Shown here piece by piece: positions 41,948 through 42,063 of a stretch of DNA of 42,063 nucleotides. A program made the position numbers and the translations under genes. A model generated the notes under the pieces. It searched no databases. It was given only the letters and a program-made list of their open reading frames with translations, and was not told the origin of the DNA. This stretch comes from a virus. How positions within the stretch are numbered: the first letter of the stretch is position 1; every line of letters begins with the position of its first letter. The stretch lies in IMG/VR virus record IMGVR_UViG_2645727538_000003. One strand, 5' to 3'.

Positions 41948-42063
41948 AAACTAAACTATTTATCTGTGCAGTTCTATTATTCGGCGTTGCCGGAACAGTG
42001 GGTGCTTCCTATCTCCAACAACAAAATGATACGTTCAAGGTTGCTGAAAGAGCCGAAACGTAA
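41944..42063 (+). CDS. phr: Phr pro-peptide (39 aa; predicted mature ERAET or AERAET); missed by ORF track
   Basis: MKTKLFICAVLLFGVAGTVGASYLQQQNDTFKVAERAET; signal peptide; ATGA overlap with the rap stop; RBS AAGGGGAG. Confidence 0.9.
   Translation: MKTKLFICAVLLFGVAGTVGASYLQQQNDTFKVAERAET

Noticed and set aside
40787-42063. Arbitrium AimR/AimP
   Set aside because: The receptor has the Rap N-terminal three-helix signature rather than an HTH, and the peptide has the Phr xRxxx form

Overview
This window is the late (virion and lysis) region of an SPbeta-like temperate siphophage or prophage of a Bacillus subtilis-group host, almost entirely on the + strand. It starts in the 3' end of the phage RNA polymerase gene yonO and runs through HU (yonN), yonK/J/H/G, terminase, portal, protease/scaffold, capsid, head-tail and tail-tube genes. 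It continues through a tail-fibre block, the tyrosine-recombinase-like yomM, the 2.3-kaa tape measure CwlP (SLT + M23), Dit/Tal, a phi29-gp12-like tailspike, endolysin and holins, and ends with a rap-phr pair. SPbeta gene names come from recalled sequence, size and synteny, not from a database search. The most notable unexplained structures are these. (i) A palindromic ATAAAA-N6-TTTTAT site recurs at least 7 times, always intergenic and often at module or accessory-gene borders; with YomM it may form an integron-like cassette or module-exchange system. (ii) A cluster of highly structured non-coding RNAs lies between yonN and yonK, including a tRNA-like RNA with an ~85-nt insert and an ~460-nt ornate RNA. 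(iii) A RexAB-like two-gene candidate defence cassette is inserted in that cluster. (iv) The ORF track missed three genes (phr, an XkdX/yomP gene with an ATA start, a 31-aa ORF) and a nested scaffold start inside yonD.
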